Shown here: piece by piece, positions 31,004 through 41,201 of the stretch
Numbering within the stretch: position 1 is the first letter of the stretch
Layout: the number at the start of each line of letters is the position of its first letter
From: a virus
Virus record (IMG/VR): IMGVR_UViG_3300013014_001174
Span: 14,220 to 78,219 of that record
DNA: 64,000 nt
Reading direction: 5' to 3' (one strand)
Program-made: the position numbers and the translations under genes
Notes under the pieces: generated by a model
Seen by the model: the letters and a program-made list of their open reading frames with translations, nothing else
Told to the model about the DNA's origin: nothing
The model's database searches: none

Positions 31004-33064
31004 ATGGCAATAGAATTTGTGGATGATGGCGATAAAGGTAAAAAGAAAGATGGTAACACACCAGTATTAGATAACTTCAGTAAAGATTTAATTAAATTAG
31101 CAGAACAAGGAAAACTAGACCCTGTAATTGGTCGACAAAAAGAAATCCTACGTATTGCACAAGTATTATCTAGAAGAAAGAAAAATAACCCCATTATTAT
31201 TGGTGAACCTGGTGCTGGTAAAACAGCGATTGTTGAGGGTCTTGCAATGATGATTCACGCTGGTGAATGTCCTAAAAACTTAGCAGATAAAAGAATTGTA
31301 TCGTTAGATATAAATTCAGTTGTGGCCGGTACAAAATACCGTGGACAATTTGAAGAAAGAATGAAGGTTATTATTGAGGAGTTACAAGCAAGTCCGAATA
31401 TTATAATTTTTATAGATGAAATACATACAATGGTTGGTGCAGGAAATAGTTCTGGGTCACTCGATGCCTCAAATATTTTTAAACCAGCATTATCAAGAGG
31501 TGAAATTCAATGCGTTGGTGCGACAACACTGGATGAATACAGAAAACATTTTGAAAAAGATGGCGCGTTAGAAAGAAGATTTCAAAAAATAATTGTTGAC
31601 CCATCAACAAAAGAAGAGACGTTTGAAATTCTAAAACAAAGTAAAGAAAAATATGAAGAGCATCACAAAGTAAATTACACAGACGAGTCACTTTGGTTAT
31701 GTGTTGAGTTAGCTGATAGATATATTACCGATCGTGAATTTCCAGATAAAGCTTTTGATATTTTAGATGAGGTTGGTTCTCGTATGCAAATTGATATTAA
31801 ATTACCAGAGCATATTGAAAAACTAAAACAAGAAGCTGTAGATATTAAACAAGAAAAAGCGGATGTAATTAAAAAACAAAAATATGAAATGGCCGCAGAA
31901 TTACGTGATCGTGAAAAAAATATTCTACTTAAACTTGATGACGCAAAAAAGAAATTTGAAGAGGAATTAAAAAACAGTAAAAGAGGTATTCCAGAAGATT
32001 TAATTTATGAAGTGGTTTCAAATATGACCAAAATCCCAGTTAATAAAATTAATATCGATGAAAAAAACTCACTTGTTAATTTAGAAGAATCGCTTAATGG
32101 TTATGTAATTGGACAAGAGGAAGCGGTTAAAAAAATATCAAAGGCAATTAGAAGAAATAGAGTTGGTATTAAGGACCCAAATAGACCAATTGGTTCATTT
32201 ATATTTTTAGGATCTACCGGTGTTGGTAAAACGTTTTTAGCTAAAAAGTTAGCAAAAGAAATTTTTGGTAGTGAAGATAGTTTAATTCGTGTTGATATGT
32301 CAGAATATCAAGAAAAACACACAATCTCAAGACTTATTGGGTCACCTCCAGGATATGTTGGTCACGAAGAAGGGGGACAATTAACCGAACAAGTGAAAAA
32401 CAAACCTTATTCTGTGATTTTATTTGATGAAATAGAAAAAGCAAATAAAGACATTTTCTCAACACTACTCCAGATGTTAGATGATGGTCATATGACTGAT
32501 GGTCTTGGTAGAAAAATTAATTTCAAAAACTGTTTAATTATTATGACATCAAACATTGGTGTTAGAAAAGTGCAAGATTTTGGTTCTGGTGTTGGGTTTA
32601 AAACTAATAACAATAGTGATGCGGTACAAGAAGAATATAAAAGAGACGTTTTGAAAAAAGAATTACGTAAGTTTTTTGCCCCAGAATTTTTAAATAGAAT
32701 TGATGATGTTGTTATTTTTAATTCTTTAGTAAAAGAACATATTGATAAAATAGTAAAACTTGAAATAGAAAAATTGATTGGTAGACTTAATTCTATGCGA
32801 TATACGGTCTCTTATGAGGCGTCTGTAATCGATTTAATTGCAAAAGTTGGTTTTGATGAACAATATGGTGCAAGACCAATTAAACGTGCAATCCAGGATA
32901 AAATAGAAGATTTAATTTCTGAAAAGATTTTAACAAATGATGTTGTAGAAGGAAAAGAATATATGTTGTTTGTTAAAGGTGAGGGTGATGATCAAACAAT
33001 AGAAATAGAGGATAGGTCAAAACCAGAACCAAAAAAACGTGGTAGAAAGAAAAAGGAGGATTAA
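31004..33064 (+). CDS. clpC: ClpC-type AAA+ unfoldase lacking the N-terminal Clp-N domain
   Basis: GEPGAGKT and GSTGVGKT Walker A motifs; UVR coil (YEMAAELRD); sequence starts directly at D1. Confidence 0.85.
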   Translation: MAIEFVDDGDKGKKKDGNTPVLDNFSKDLIKLAEQGKLDPVIGRQKEILRIAQVLSRRKKNNPIIIGEPGAGKTAIVEGLAMMIHAGECPKNLADKRIVSLDINSVVAGTKYRGQFEERMKVIIEELQASPNIIIFIDEIHTMVGAGNSSGSLDASNIFKPALSRGEIQCVGATTLDEYRKHFEKDGALERRFQKIIVDPSTKEETFEILKQSKEKYEEHHKVNYTDESLWLCVELADRYITDREFPDKAFDILDEVGSRMQIDIKLPEHIEKLKQEAVDIKQEKADVIKKQKYEMAAELRDREKNILLKLDDAKKKFEEELKNSKRGIPEDLIYEVVSNMTKIPVNKINIDEKNSLVNLEESLNGYVIGQEEAVKKISKAIRRNRVGIKDPNRPIGSFIFLGSTGVGKTFLAKKLAKEIFGSEDSLIRVDMSEYQEKHTISRLIGSPPGYVGHEEGGQLTEQVKNKPYSVILFDEIEKANKDIFSTLLQMLDDGHMTDGLGRKINFKNCLIIMTSNIGVRKVQDFGSGVGFKTNNNSDAVQEEYKRDVLKKELRKFFAPEFLNRIDDVVIFNSLVKEHIDKIVKLEIEKLIGRLNSMRYTVSYEASVIDLIAKVGFDEQYGARPIKRAIQDKIEDLISEKILTNDVVEGKEYMLFVKGEGDDQTIEIEDRSKPEPKKRGRKKKED

Positions 33065-33079
33065 AAACCCTCCTTTTTT
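33051..33079. terminator. bidirectional terminator
   Basis: AAAAGGAGG...CCTCCTTTTT between convergent genes. Confidence 0.7.
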
Positions 33080-33080
33080 A

Positions 33081-33866
33081 TTAGTGTTTAGAATAACCAA
33101 GTTCCTCAATCATCAACTTACCGACTTTAATTCCGTTGTATGTGTCATCCACAACAACATATTCATTTCTTGTGTGGTAATTATAATAACCAATTGATAT
33201 ATTAAAACAAGATAAACCAAAATTTTGATTTAATGGGAAAATATCCGTATAAGGATGTCTATGGTATTTGGTATCACCTGGGAAATGTTCAGTGATAAGA
33301 CGACCACCAACATTAAAAAATTCCGAGTCTCTATTAAACATAGGTTTTGACATAAGATACTCGGAAATCATATTATTTTCCGGAGCATCAAATTGTATTG
33401 CGTAACCAACGTTTTCAAAAAATTTAGGATCCGCATTAAAAGACCCTTTACATCCGGTTTCTTCTGCAACAAAAAAAGCGGCCTTTAAATTTGGTAATTC
33501 TTTTAACAACTCTAAACATCCATATACACCACACTTATCATCACCACCAATACCAGTGGGTTCACCACTGTCATTATAAGCCTTTAAGGACAGTTTAATT
33601 TCTTTTTGAGCATTAGGTAACATCTCTTCTCTAACATTAATAGAATCGATTGTATGTACCGTATCTGTGTGCGCAACGACACAGGGAAAATACTCAATAT
33701 TTTCATCAGTTTGTTTTGTCGCATATATGTTATAAAAACTATCAACATAATATGTGATTTTATTTTCATCTAACCAATTGGTTATAAAATCAATGATTAA
33801 ATCTTCCTGATATGTCTTTGTTGGGATTGATAAAACCTCCTTAAGTAACTCAAAATTTCTTTCCAT
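33081..33866 (-). CDS. M20/M28-family metallopeptidase
   Basis: AHTDTV, GGDDKCG, EETG and C-terminal YHT ligands. Confidence 0.75.
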   Translation of the reverse strand: MERNFELLKEVLSIPTKTYQEDLIIDFITNWLDENKITYYVDSFYNIYATKQTDENIEYFPCVVAHTDTVHTIDSINVREEMLPNAQKEIKLSLKAYNDSGEPTGIGGDDKCGVYGCLELLKELPNLKAAFFVAEETGCKGSFNADPKFFENVGYAIQFDAPENNMISEYLMSKPMFNRDSEFFNVGGRLITEHFPGDTKYHRHPYTDIFPLNQNFGLSCFNISIGYYNYHTRNEYVVVDDTYNGIKVGKLMIEELGYSKH

Positions 33867-33894
33867 ACAACAAATATAGAGATATTATTTTGAT

Positions 33895-34953
33895 TTACAA
33901 AAGTTTTTTTAATATTTTTCTAATACTTTCAAATAGTTCTGGATGGTGTAACTGAAGGTTTAAGTCTTCAAGATTATCCACAGATCTTTCTTCACGTTTA
34001 TTACCACCATGTTTAAATATGTCAAAAAATAACTTACTATTTGGTTTAAAATTATGAAACATTATATCCATATTTTTTTCTGGTAATCTTATGTATTTAT
34101 TAAATCCACCAATACTCATAACTTTTTCATACATTTTATTATATTCTTCATAATCAAAATTTCCAAGTTCCTCTTCAACTTCTTCCAACATCTTTTCAAG
34201 ATTTCTGGTTACCTCTTTTTGAAAAGACTCATCCTCATAATCATCACACCAAGAATTATATTCTAGTTCGTTCCAGTCGCCAACACTATTATTTGAATAG
34301 TTTTCTATTAGTAATTTTAACATACCTTTTAAATCCTCGTCTTCAGCATTTAACATTTTATATAAGTTTAATAAAATATTTACACTTGTTTGGAATTTGT
34401 AACCGTGTCGTATTTGCACAATACCAAAATTTATAAATGGGTTGTTAGTTTCACCTACTAACGTTTTTGAAATCGCCCTTTCAATACATTCTTCGTTATA
34501 CCTACCGTATTCGTATATAATGTCATCACATTCGTCATCAAAATTATTTTTTAAAAATTCTGAAATTTTAGCATTATCATTATTATCATTATTAGGGACT
34601 ATTTGTAATGTTGGATTTGTTAGACTTAAAATTTTATTAGCAAGTGTGATATTTTCATCCTTAAACGAATCAATGATATAACCCTCTTTCCAATCTTCGT
34701 CATACCTCCACCGATCAAAATCGTAACTACCATAACTAGAGTTTACGTACCTACTCCAAACCCAAATATCAGTATCATCAGTAACACCAAGAATTTCAAG
34801 AAAATCATCATCATTATCAAAGGTAATTTCAATTTTTGGCGATCTGCCTTTTGAGTATGAAACATCATATATTAGTTTGTCAGGATAAGACCATCTATTA
34901 ACTTCTTCTCCTTTAGCAATTTTTTTTAAAAATTCGTATGTTTCACTTGCCAT
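33895..34953 (-). CDS. hypothetical protein
   Basis: 352-aa ORF. Confidence 0.6.
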   Translation of the reverse strand: MASETYEFLKKIAKGEEVNRWSYPDKLIYDVSYSKGRSPKIEITFDNDDDFLEILGVTDDTDIWVWSRYVNSSYGSYDFDRWRYDEDWKEGYIIDSFKDENITLANKILSLTNPTLQIVPNNDNNDNAKISEFLKNNFDDECDDIIYEYGRYNEECIERAISKTLVGETNNPFINFGIVQIRHGYKFQTSVNILLNLYKMLNAEDEDLKGMLKLLIENYSNNSVGDWNELEYNSWCDDYEDESFQKEVTRNLEKMLEEVEEELGNFDYEEYNKMYEKVMSIGGFNKYIRLPEKNMDIMFHNFKPNSKLFFDIFKHGGNKREERSVDNLEDLNLQLHHPELFESIRKILKKLL

Positions 34954-35018
34954 ATTAAATAAATATAATTATATTTGTATTTATATATAGTTCTTTGATA
35001 ATAGTCATTTAGATATAT

Positions 35019-35426
35019 GGGCCTATATCGGATTTGACGGGCGTTGGTTGAATAATAGAAGCATGTCGGGACTGAATTAATCTCGTTAAAAACTGATTCA
35101 CAAAACAACTGGCAATGTGCTAAACAAAATGGAAACTCTTGGTTTACTAAGAGGTTCTGAAGTTACTGTAGCTTAAGAAGTTTACGGAAACGCGAGCCGG
35201 TTCACATACGCTCAGGAACAGAAGTGACTAAGGTGGACCAAGACTGAACCCGAAATCGAGTCTTCCATTGGTTGTTAATTTACGATGGTGAAGAACAAAT
35301 TAACTTTGTTTTTGGTCAAATTAAAACCAAATATTTTGGGGTATTAGAAAATACCAACCTAAACATGTAGTTGTCTCTTAAACAAGACGAACCGGACGAG
35401 GGAGTCGGAGCCCTCTAGGTCCACCA
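35019..35426 (+). ncRNA. ssrA: tmRNA; tag ORF 35111-35176 (A)GNVLNKMETLGLLRGSEVTVA*
   Basis: GGGCCTA/TAGGTCC-A-CCA acceptor with G3.U; GGATTTGAC 5' motif; ACAACTGGC resume context; upstream TATATTTG promoter. Confidence 0.9.
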
Positions 35427-35429
35427 ATT

Positions 35430-35465
35430 AAAAAACCCACTCTTTTGAAGTGGGTTTTCTTTTTT
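35430..35465. terminator. terminator after tmRNA
   Basis: AAAACCCACT...AGTGGGTTTT. Confidence 0.75.
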
Positions 35466-35479
35466 AGGAGATATCCTAA

Positions 35480-35653
35480 TTACTTAACAGCAGTAGTATC
35501 TTTTACTACAACAGTTGCATTAACTGTAGATTCTACAGCGGTTGCTTCTGGTGTTGCGTCAGCAGTTGCGTTTCCTGTTCCTTTTTCACCACAAGATGTC
35601 ACAAGAGATAATGTCGTGAAAATTGTTAAAGAAATTAAAAATAATTTTTTCAT
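35480..35653 (-). CDS. small lipoprotein (57 aa, absent from ORF track)
   Basis: MKKLFLISLTIFTTLSLVTSC lipobox, then Ala/Thr-rich tail. Confidence 0.7.
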   Translation of the reverse strand: MKKLFLISLTIFTTLSLVTSCGEKGTGNATADATPEATAVESTVNATVVVKDTTAVK

Positions 35654-35773
35654 TTTGAAATGGGTTTAATTAAAGTTTATTATAATAATATATACTACAT
35701 TTTTTATAAAAAGAAAAGGACAACCATAAGTTGCCCTCAAATTTTTTTTTAATAAGATCTTAAATTTTAAAAA

Positions 35774-36650
35774 AAGGTTGAGATTACACCTGTAATTGAG
35801 AATCTTTTGAAGTATTATTGTTTCCCTTCGTATCCACTTTCTTTTGGAAAGTATTTCTCAGTGACGGTCTTTTAGGTTTACCACTCCTTGAGGTTTGAAT
35901 TACTCTCATCTTACTTGACTCTTTCCGAGGTTGCCACCCCAGTTCGTCCTTGCGGGACTAAAGGTTTTTCGGATAATTACACTCAGACTTGGGATCCTTG
36001 TGTGCAATGAACGGCTCATTACTATGTAGTCACCTTTCATCCAAACCTGACAGACACTTTTCCATTATTATTTTAGGTTTTACATCCATATGTAATAAAT
36101 GTTGTGTTGTGGATTATCAAAGTAGTGGTCTGCCAACCGAGCCAAGTCGTCTTTTGAACAACCCGATACTCAACTACTCTGTGAAATGTCCCCATCTCCA
36201 TATTTCTAGACTACTTCGAGATCGAACCCTTGGTAGGGGACGGTCAAGGTTAATAACAGCACCACCTGTACGTTAACATACCTTTCGGTTTTAAGTATCC
36301 TATGATACTGGAATACGCAATAATAAAATTGGATAACTCTATTTTTTGCATAATTCCTACGGGTTATTCCTATTGGTGTTCCCACCTCAACTAGACGACC
36401 CACATCGCCTATTCACTTAACCACTTTCCCTACAGCGTCGCCCTCGGTACTAAAGATTAAACGGTATCCCGCTTGTGTACTTGACCTCACTTTCGTAAGA
36501 CGCAAATAAGTTAACACAACTTACTCACTTTATCCTGGTTTCCCAGTTTATTTTATGGACTATACACGGCCCAATATCTTTATCAGTTTCATTACTTACT
36601 CCTGAACGGATAATCTATTTTTTCAAAGAACGATTTCGGACGTTTCCGAT
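35774..36650 (-). ncRNA. large structured ncRNA, GOLLD-like candidate
   Basis: GC-elevated and free of credible ORFs; several GNRA-capped hairpins on the minus strand; own promoter and boxA-like motif. Confidence 0.65.
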
Positions 36651-36659
36651 TTTGTTTTA

Positions 36660-36691
36660 CAAAGTTAAGACTTTTATTTTAATTTGTCAAG
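36660..36691 (-). promoter_or_regulatory. Bacteroidota-type promoter of the large ncRNA
   Basis: CTTG, 20 nt, TAACTTTG. Confidence 0.7.
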
Positions 36692-36708
36692 TACTTTTTA
36701 AACTTTTT

Positions 36709-36858
36709 TTATTTTTTTTCTATAAAGACATGTTCTGTACCATATTTAGTCGCCATAATATGGGCAAATTCTAAATTTGGTGTAAAAACTTTTTGTCCTT
36801 CATTATTAACATATCCGTATATTTCAACTTCGATTACTTGTGTTTCTTGTTCTGTCAT
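36709..36858 (-). CDS. 49-aa hypothetical protein (absent from ORF track)
   Basis: MTEQETQVIEVEIYGY...; A-rich upstream region. Confidence 0.55.
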   Translation of the reverse strand: MTEQETQVIEVEIYGYVNNEGQKVFTPNLEFAHIMATKYGTEHVFIEKK

Positions 36859-36918
36859 TTTTGTTTGTTTTTAAATACATTACAAACATATAATAAATAT
36901 TTTGTTCTGTCAAGGAAG

Positions 36919-37995
36919 TTAAAGAATTTTTTTCATAATATCTTTAATTCGACTAATTTCTTCGTTTAATTTAAAGTCTTTTTCTTCTAAATTAATTTTA
37001 GGTTTCTTAATTTCCGAAATTTCTTTGTCGTTACTAAAAAGTTTTTCAAATTTGTTCATAAACGCTTTAAAATTTTCTAAATCAAACTTAGTGTCACCTC
37101 CTGTTTTACTCTCAACTTTAACTTCAAATTTTTCGGCAATTGTTTTAATCTCACTTCTATTAAAATCATTTTTACCTAATTCTTTTTCAAAATAATCTAA
37201 ACATTCATCTAAAGTGTTAAATGTTTTATCATTTAGTCCATCAATAAAACTTTGCGCTTCGGTGTTTGAAGTTGTTTTATTTGTGGTTATTAAATCTTTA
37301 TTCTTGATTACAAGAGCAGCTAAAACAATTTTAGAAAAATTATCTTTAACACCTAATGTTCCCAATTTTTCTAAAACAGATTTAATTATTGACTGTTCAC
37401 CAGAAGAAAATGCTGTGTAAAATATTTTTTTAATTTTTGGTACTGTTTGATTTGGTGTTTGTTGTTGTGAATCTTGAGTTTCACTATCTTCAGTTGAAGA
37501 GTACTTATCGTCCGGTTTTGTATTTCTAACACCAACGTGAATGTGATCATAATGGTTAGTAACATTCCAACCAACTTGGTATCTATAATTTCCAACATTA
37601 AAATTAATCCACTTACCATTACCTTTTTGAAGTAACTTATCTGGCATTTTATCTTCCGATATCCAACCACGTTTTACAAACTCTTCTCTAAGTTTCTTCC
37701 AACCGTCGTCTCCTTTTTTACCACGACAAGGTAAATCAATACCATATGAATCCTTTGAGCCATCCCAGTGGTCAGACCTATTACCAGATGCTGTTAGTCT
37801 TCTACTTCTTTTTTGTGATCCGGCATTGAATCCCAAATCTTTTAACCAGGATGCCATTTGTAACGCCCTTTCTGCAGATCCCGCCCAGTCACCATTTATC
37901 CCACCACCAAGACAAACTTTACCTTGATCAAGACATTTAGGATATGCTGAACCAACAGCAAAACCATATGTATTTGTGTTTTCAAATAAATTCAT
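36919..37995 (-). CDS. putative Zn-dependent cell-wall peptidase (M15-like)
   Basis: SDH...GIDL...HYDHIHV ligand pattern; C-terminal LNEEISRIKDIM motif. Confidence 0.55.
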   Translation of the reverse strand: MNLFENTNTYGFAVGSAYPKCLDQGKVCLGGGINGDWAGSAERALQMASWLKDLGFNAGSQKRSRRLTASGNRSDHWDGSKDSYGIDLPCRGKKGDDGWKKLREEFVKRGWISEDKMPDKLLQKGNGKWINFNVGNYRYQVGWNVTNHYDHIHVGVRNTKPDDKYSSTEDSETQDSQQQTPNQTVPKIKKIFYTAFSSGEQSIIKSVLEKLGTLGVKDNFSKIVLAALVIKNKDLITTNKTTSNTEAQSFIDGLNDKTFNTLDECLDYFEKELGKNDFNRSEIKTIAEKFEVKVESKTGGDTKFDLENFKAFMNKFEKLFSNDKEISEIKKPKINLEEKDFKLNEEISRIKDIMKKIL

Positions 37996-38010
37996 ATGTA
38001 TATAAATACA

Positions 38011-38478
38011 TCAATGAATCAAAAACCATTCTGGAATACTTCTATTTTTCCAATTAGCAAAAGATTTTTTTGCATCTATATAATAATTTCTATATGAGTC
38101 AATAACAGATTCCACTTTATATTCGTCTGGCATTGCCTTTGCTGGCTGTGTAAAATCTTTATCTGGTATATTTGGTTTATTAATTAAACACCATTCTATT
38201 ATATCCTGGGATTTATGTCTTTTACCATATCTATATGTGTATTCTTTACATAATTCCAAACCTAAATCACATAAATAAAGATAATTGGATAATGATTCTC
38301 TGGACCAAATAGCACAAGGGTGATTTTTATGTGATAATTTATATGGAGCTTCAGATCCAATAATCCAATGCGCACCACATAAAAGTTGTGCTGTTTCAAG
38401 TATCATCTTAACAACGTGTTTATCACAATGATACTGTGCACATTTTTGGGTATCAAAATCTAAAAAAAATATATTCAT
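38011..38478 (-). CDS. pyrimidine-dimer DNA glycosylase/endonuclease V-like protein
   Basis: MNIFFLD..HCDKHVVKMILE..HKNHPC..YTYRYGK.H. Confidence 0.75.
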   Translation of the reverse strand: MNIFFLDFDTQKCAQYHCDKHVVKMILETAQLLCGAHWIIGSEAPYKLSHKNHPCAIWSRESLSNYLYLCDLGLELCKEYTYRYGKRHKSQDIIEWCLINKPNIPDKDFTQPAKAMPDEYKVESVIDSYRNYYIDAKKSFANWKNRSIPEWFLIH

Positions 38479-38510
38479 AAAACAAAGATATGAAATATTT
38501 TTTAATCAAC

Positions 38511-38537
38511 AAAAAAACCCCACCTAAAAGATGGGGT
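38511..38537 (-). terminator. intrinsic terminator
   Basis: ACCCCATCT/AGGTGGGGT with T-run. Confidence 0.65.
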
Positions 38538-38558
38538 CAACAAAAAGTTATAATAAAC

Positions 38559-38726
38559 TTATTTTTTAGCAATTACAGACCAAATAGCACCTGCTAATGT
38601 CATAATACCGCCAGTGATTTCAGTAACAACACTTTCGTCTGCCCATCCTTTCATAACAACAATACCACCAACAAATGTTAAAGCATGTCTAACAATTCCT
38701 AATACTTGTTCTTTTGTTAATTTCAT
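38559..38726 (-). CDS. holin-like two-TM protein (55 aa, absent from ORF track)
   Basis: MKLTKEQVLGIVRHALTFVGG...GAIWSVIAKK. Confidence 0.65.
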   Translation of the reverse strand: MKLTKEQVLGIVRHALTFVGGIVVMKGWADESVVTEITGGIMTLAGAIWSVIAKK

Positions 38727-38786
38727 AAAATTTTTTTTTATTGTTTATTTTATACTATATAAATATATTTATTTAATAAAAAAGTT

Positions 38787-40028
38787 ATGAAACAAAATAT
38801 CAATGAAGAATTAAATTATATAAAATATCTTTTAGGTTATCAAAAAGGTGTTGTAATTTCCGAACAAACAACACCAGCGTCTGATACACCAATGCAACCA
38901 CAAGCACAAGGTACACCAGTATCAGAACCAACTCAAGGTGGTGATGGATGTATTCCATTAACAATTAGTGGTAATTTTAACCCTAAAAAATCAGATTCCA
39001 CAGAATATTTAACAAACATAATTAGCCAACTTGACGCTCAAATTAAAAGTAAACCAGAATTTCAAGGTGGATCGGTAACAAGTATAAGAATTATTGGCGG
39101 TGCTAGTAATGTGGATAATGGTATTAAATCTGATTTTACATTAAATAATGATTACACACCAAGTGGTACAACACCGAAACAAACTAAAGAGTTTCAAAAT
39201 AATATGAGTTATGCTCAAGCAAGAATTGATGCTTCTAAACAGCCAATATTAGATGAATTAAAAAAAGTTGGTTTAACTGTTAGTGTTGAACCCACAACCG
39301 AAACTCACGTTATTGACACTGGGGGTACAAGTGACTCAAAACGTAATTCAGGCACCTACCCAAATCCTGGTCAAGTTGTTATAATCCAGATGACTATTTG
39401 TCCGGTAAAAGATGGTGCTGGACGTGAAGATTTTGATAAATTACCATATCTGAAACCGCAATTAATACCAACAACTTCAGGAGAAATAGTAAACAGAATT
39501 GAAAATTTAATAGAATGTTATGAAAATTCTGAAATAAGGATTTTTTATGGTGATCCAAAAAAAGGTCATTGGTGTCGTAAAGCTTTATATAATGTTTATG
39601 CTAACGGTATACAATTGAAAAGGGCTGATGGTAAAGATTATGCTTCTTTAAATAATGTTGGGGATAAGTTTGATAATGCGGAAATTATTAATGGGGAGAG
39701 GAGAAAAGAATGTGGTAGAGGAAATAGATGTGGTAGAAGTAATACATTTACTTTAGATAGAATTACAAATGAATCTTTCTTTAATAAAGATGTTTTATAC
39801 AAACATAATGGTGGGTTAGTTATTACTGCAGAATGTACTGATAAAGGTCAAGGATCATATGATGGTAATTCAGACTGTCATAATGACGTTGGTAATATTT
39901 CTTTCAAAATAAAAGGACTTGGTGAAGAAGTTAAGGAAGCTTCCGATACACCAAATATGTTCAATGTACCAAAAGAAATTGGAAATTTTGCCGCTTGTAA
40001 AACATTTAAACTTCAGGCAGCTAAATAA
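38787..40028 (+). CDS. hypothetical protein with INEELNYIK motif
   Basis: 413-aa ORF. Confidence 0.6.
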   Translation: MKQNINEELNYIKYLLGYQKGVVISEQTTPASDTPMQPQAQGTPVSEPTQGGDGCIPLTISGNFNPKKSDSTEYLTNIISQLDAQIKSKPEFQGGSVTSIRIIGGASNVDNGIKSDFTLNNDYTPSGTTPKQTKEFQNNMSYAQARIDASKQPILDELKKVGLTVSVEPTTETHVIDTGGTSDSKRNSGTYPNPGQVVIIQMTICPVKDGAGREDFDKLPYLKPQLIPTTSGEIVNRIENLIECYENSEIRIFYGDPKKGHWCRKALYNVYANGIQLKRADGKDYASLNNVGDKFDNAEIINGERRKECGRGNRCGRSNTFTLDRITNESFFNKDVLYKHNGGLVITAECTDKGQGSYDGNSDCHNDVGNISFKIKGLGEEVKEASDTPNMFNVPKEIGNFAACKTFKLQAAK

Positions 40029-40033
40029 TCAAG

Positions 40034-40615
40034 TTACTTGTTATAATGTAACTTGATTATTGCTTTATCAATTTCAGAAAATTTATTTGTATTACAACCA
40101 CCTTGGTAAAAAACACTTTCTGGATACTTCCAAGAATCATTCATTAAACCTAGAGATTGTGTAATTTCTTCACGTAATACACTTTTTAATTCAATACCAC
40201 AAAGTCTTTCATTTATGAAAATATGACTTGTGTAGATTCTTGATTGATATACAACTGTCCCAACAAAACCCAAAAATTTACCATTTATAGTAATGTTAGC
40301 CCTTTTTTTATATTCAGAAAAATCACAAAAATAAATAAAAGTATTAGCCTCTTTTTTATCCTTAGCAATTGAAATTGTAATTGGGTCAATAAGATTGTTT
40401 AATTCATTAATGATAATTTTTGTATACTCTTTTATTGAATCATTGTCTTCAAAATCAAAAAATATCTTTACATCGTTTTTCCATTTTACAAAATTATGAC
40501 TTGAGTCCCCGTATTCAGATTTTCCGGCGATTTCGTTATAATAATGAACCACAGAATCTTGACTAAAAGTTGTGGTTACAAAAAATAAAAATAGGGTTGT
40601 TATAATTGTTTTCAT
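40034..40615 (-). CDS. secreted DUF2927-like protein
   Basis: signal peptide; LREEITQSLGL.NDS..YP.SVFYQ. Confidence 0.65.
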   Translation of the reverse strand: MKTIITTLFLFFVTTTFSQDSVVHYYNEIAGKSEYGDSSHNFVKWKNDVKIFFDFEDNDSIKEYTKIIINELNNLIDPITISIAKDKKEANTFIYFCDFSEYKKRANITINGKFLGFVGTVVYQSRIYTSHIFINERLCGIELKSVLREEITQSLGLMNDSWKYPESVFYQGGCNTNKFSEIDKAIIKLHYNK

Positions 40616-40654
40616 ACAACAAAGATATAAAGTTTTTTTTAATATACAAAATTA

Positions 40655-40861
40655 TTATTCTTTGATTTTAAACCAACGTTTGAATAATTTTTCCCAAACA
40701 TCCATTGCCGGATTAATAGCAACGAAAAAACCAATAGCACCAACAATAAAATTACCAATAGAAGATTCTGACTCCAAATAGTATTTGAATAGCCACAAGC
40801 CAACCCAAACAATGAAGAATGAAAGGATTGAGGACAATAAGAATAAAAGAAACTTTTTCAT
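40655..40861 (-). CDS. small membrane protein
   Basis: two hydrophobic segments. Confidence 0.55.
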   Translation of the reverse strand: MKKFLLFLLSSILSFFIVWVGLWLFKYYLESESSIGNFIVGAIGFFVAINPAMDVWEKLFKRWFKIKE

Positions 40862-40880
40862 AATATAAATTTAAAATTTG

Positions 40881-40963
40881 ATGTCAGGGTGGGAGTCGAA
40901 CCCACAATGAGCAACCATCTTTAACAGATGGGATTAGCACCGGTGCCTTTTACACTCCTGACA
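40881..40963 (-). tRNA. atypical tRNA-like element (central loop TGTTAAA)
   Basis: TGTCAGG/CCTGACA acceptor; GTGGG-TTCGACT-CCCAC T-arm; irregular D and anticodon regions. Confidence 0.45.
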
Positions 40964-41126
40964 AACACGACTCTTCAGCATTCTACTCCCAGCTCCGAGG
41001 AATTGTATCTAACTTAGCCCGTTACTCACCGCTGTACAGGTACTGAAGTTCATCGTCTTTTTCTTACCGTAAAGATAACTAAAATAAAGAACATAAACAA
41101 TAATCCAATCATAATTTTATTTTTTT

Positions 41127-41201
41127 TGGCGGTCCCACCGGGAATCGAACCCGGCATACTGCCGTGACAGGGCAGCGTTATAGCCGATTAACTACAGGAC
41201 C
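41127..41201 (-). tRNA. tRNA-Asp(GTC)
   Basis: canonical cloverleaf with encoded CCA. Confidence 0.92.

Noticed and set aside
35774-36650. RNase P RNA, self-splicing intron, or the ORFs 35989-36276 and 36206-36403
   Set aside because: No GAGGAAAGTCC-type RNase P motif seen and no interrupted gene; the ORFs have poor starts and atypical composition
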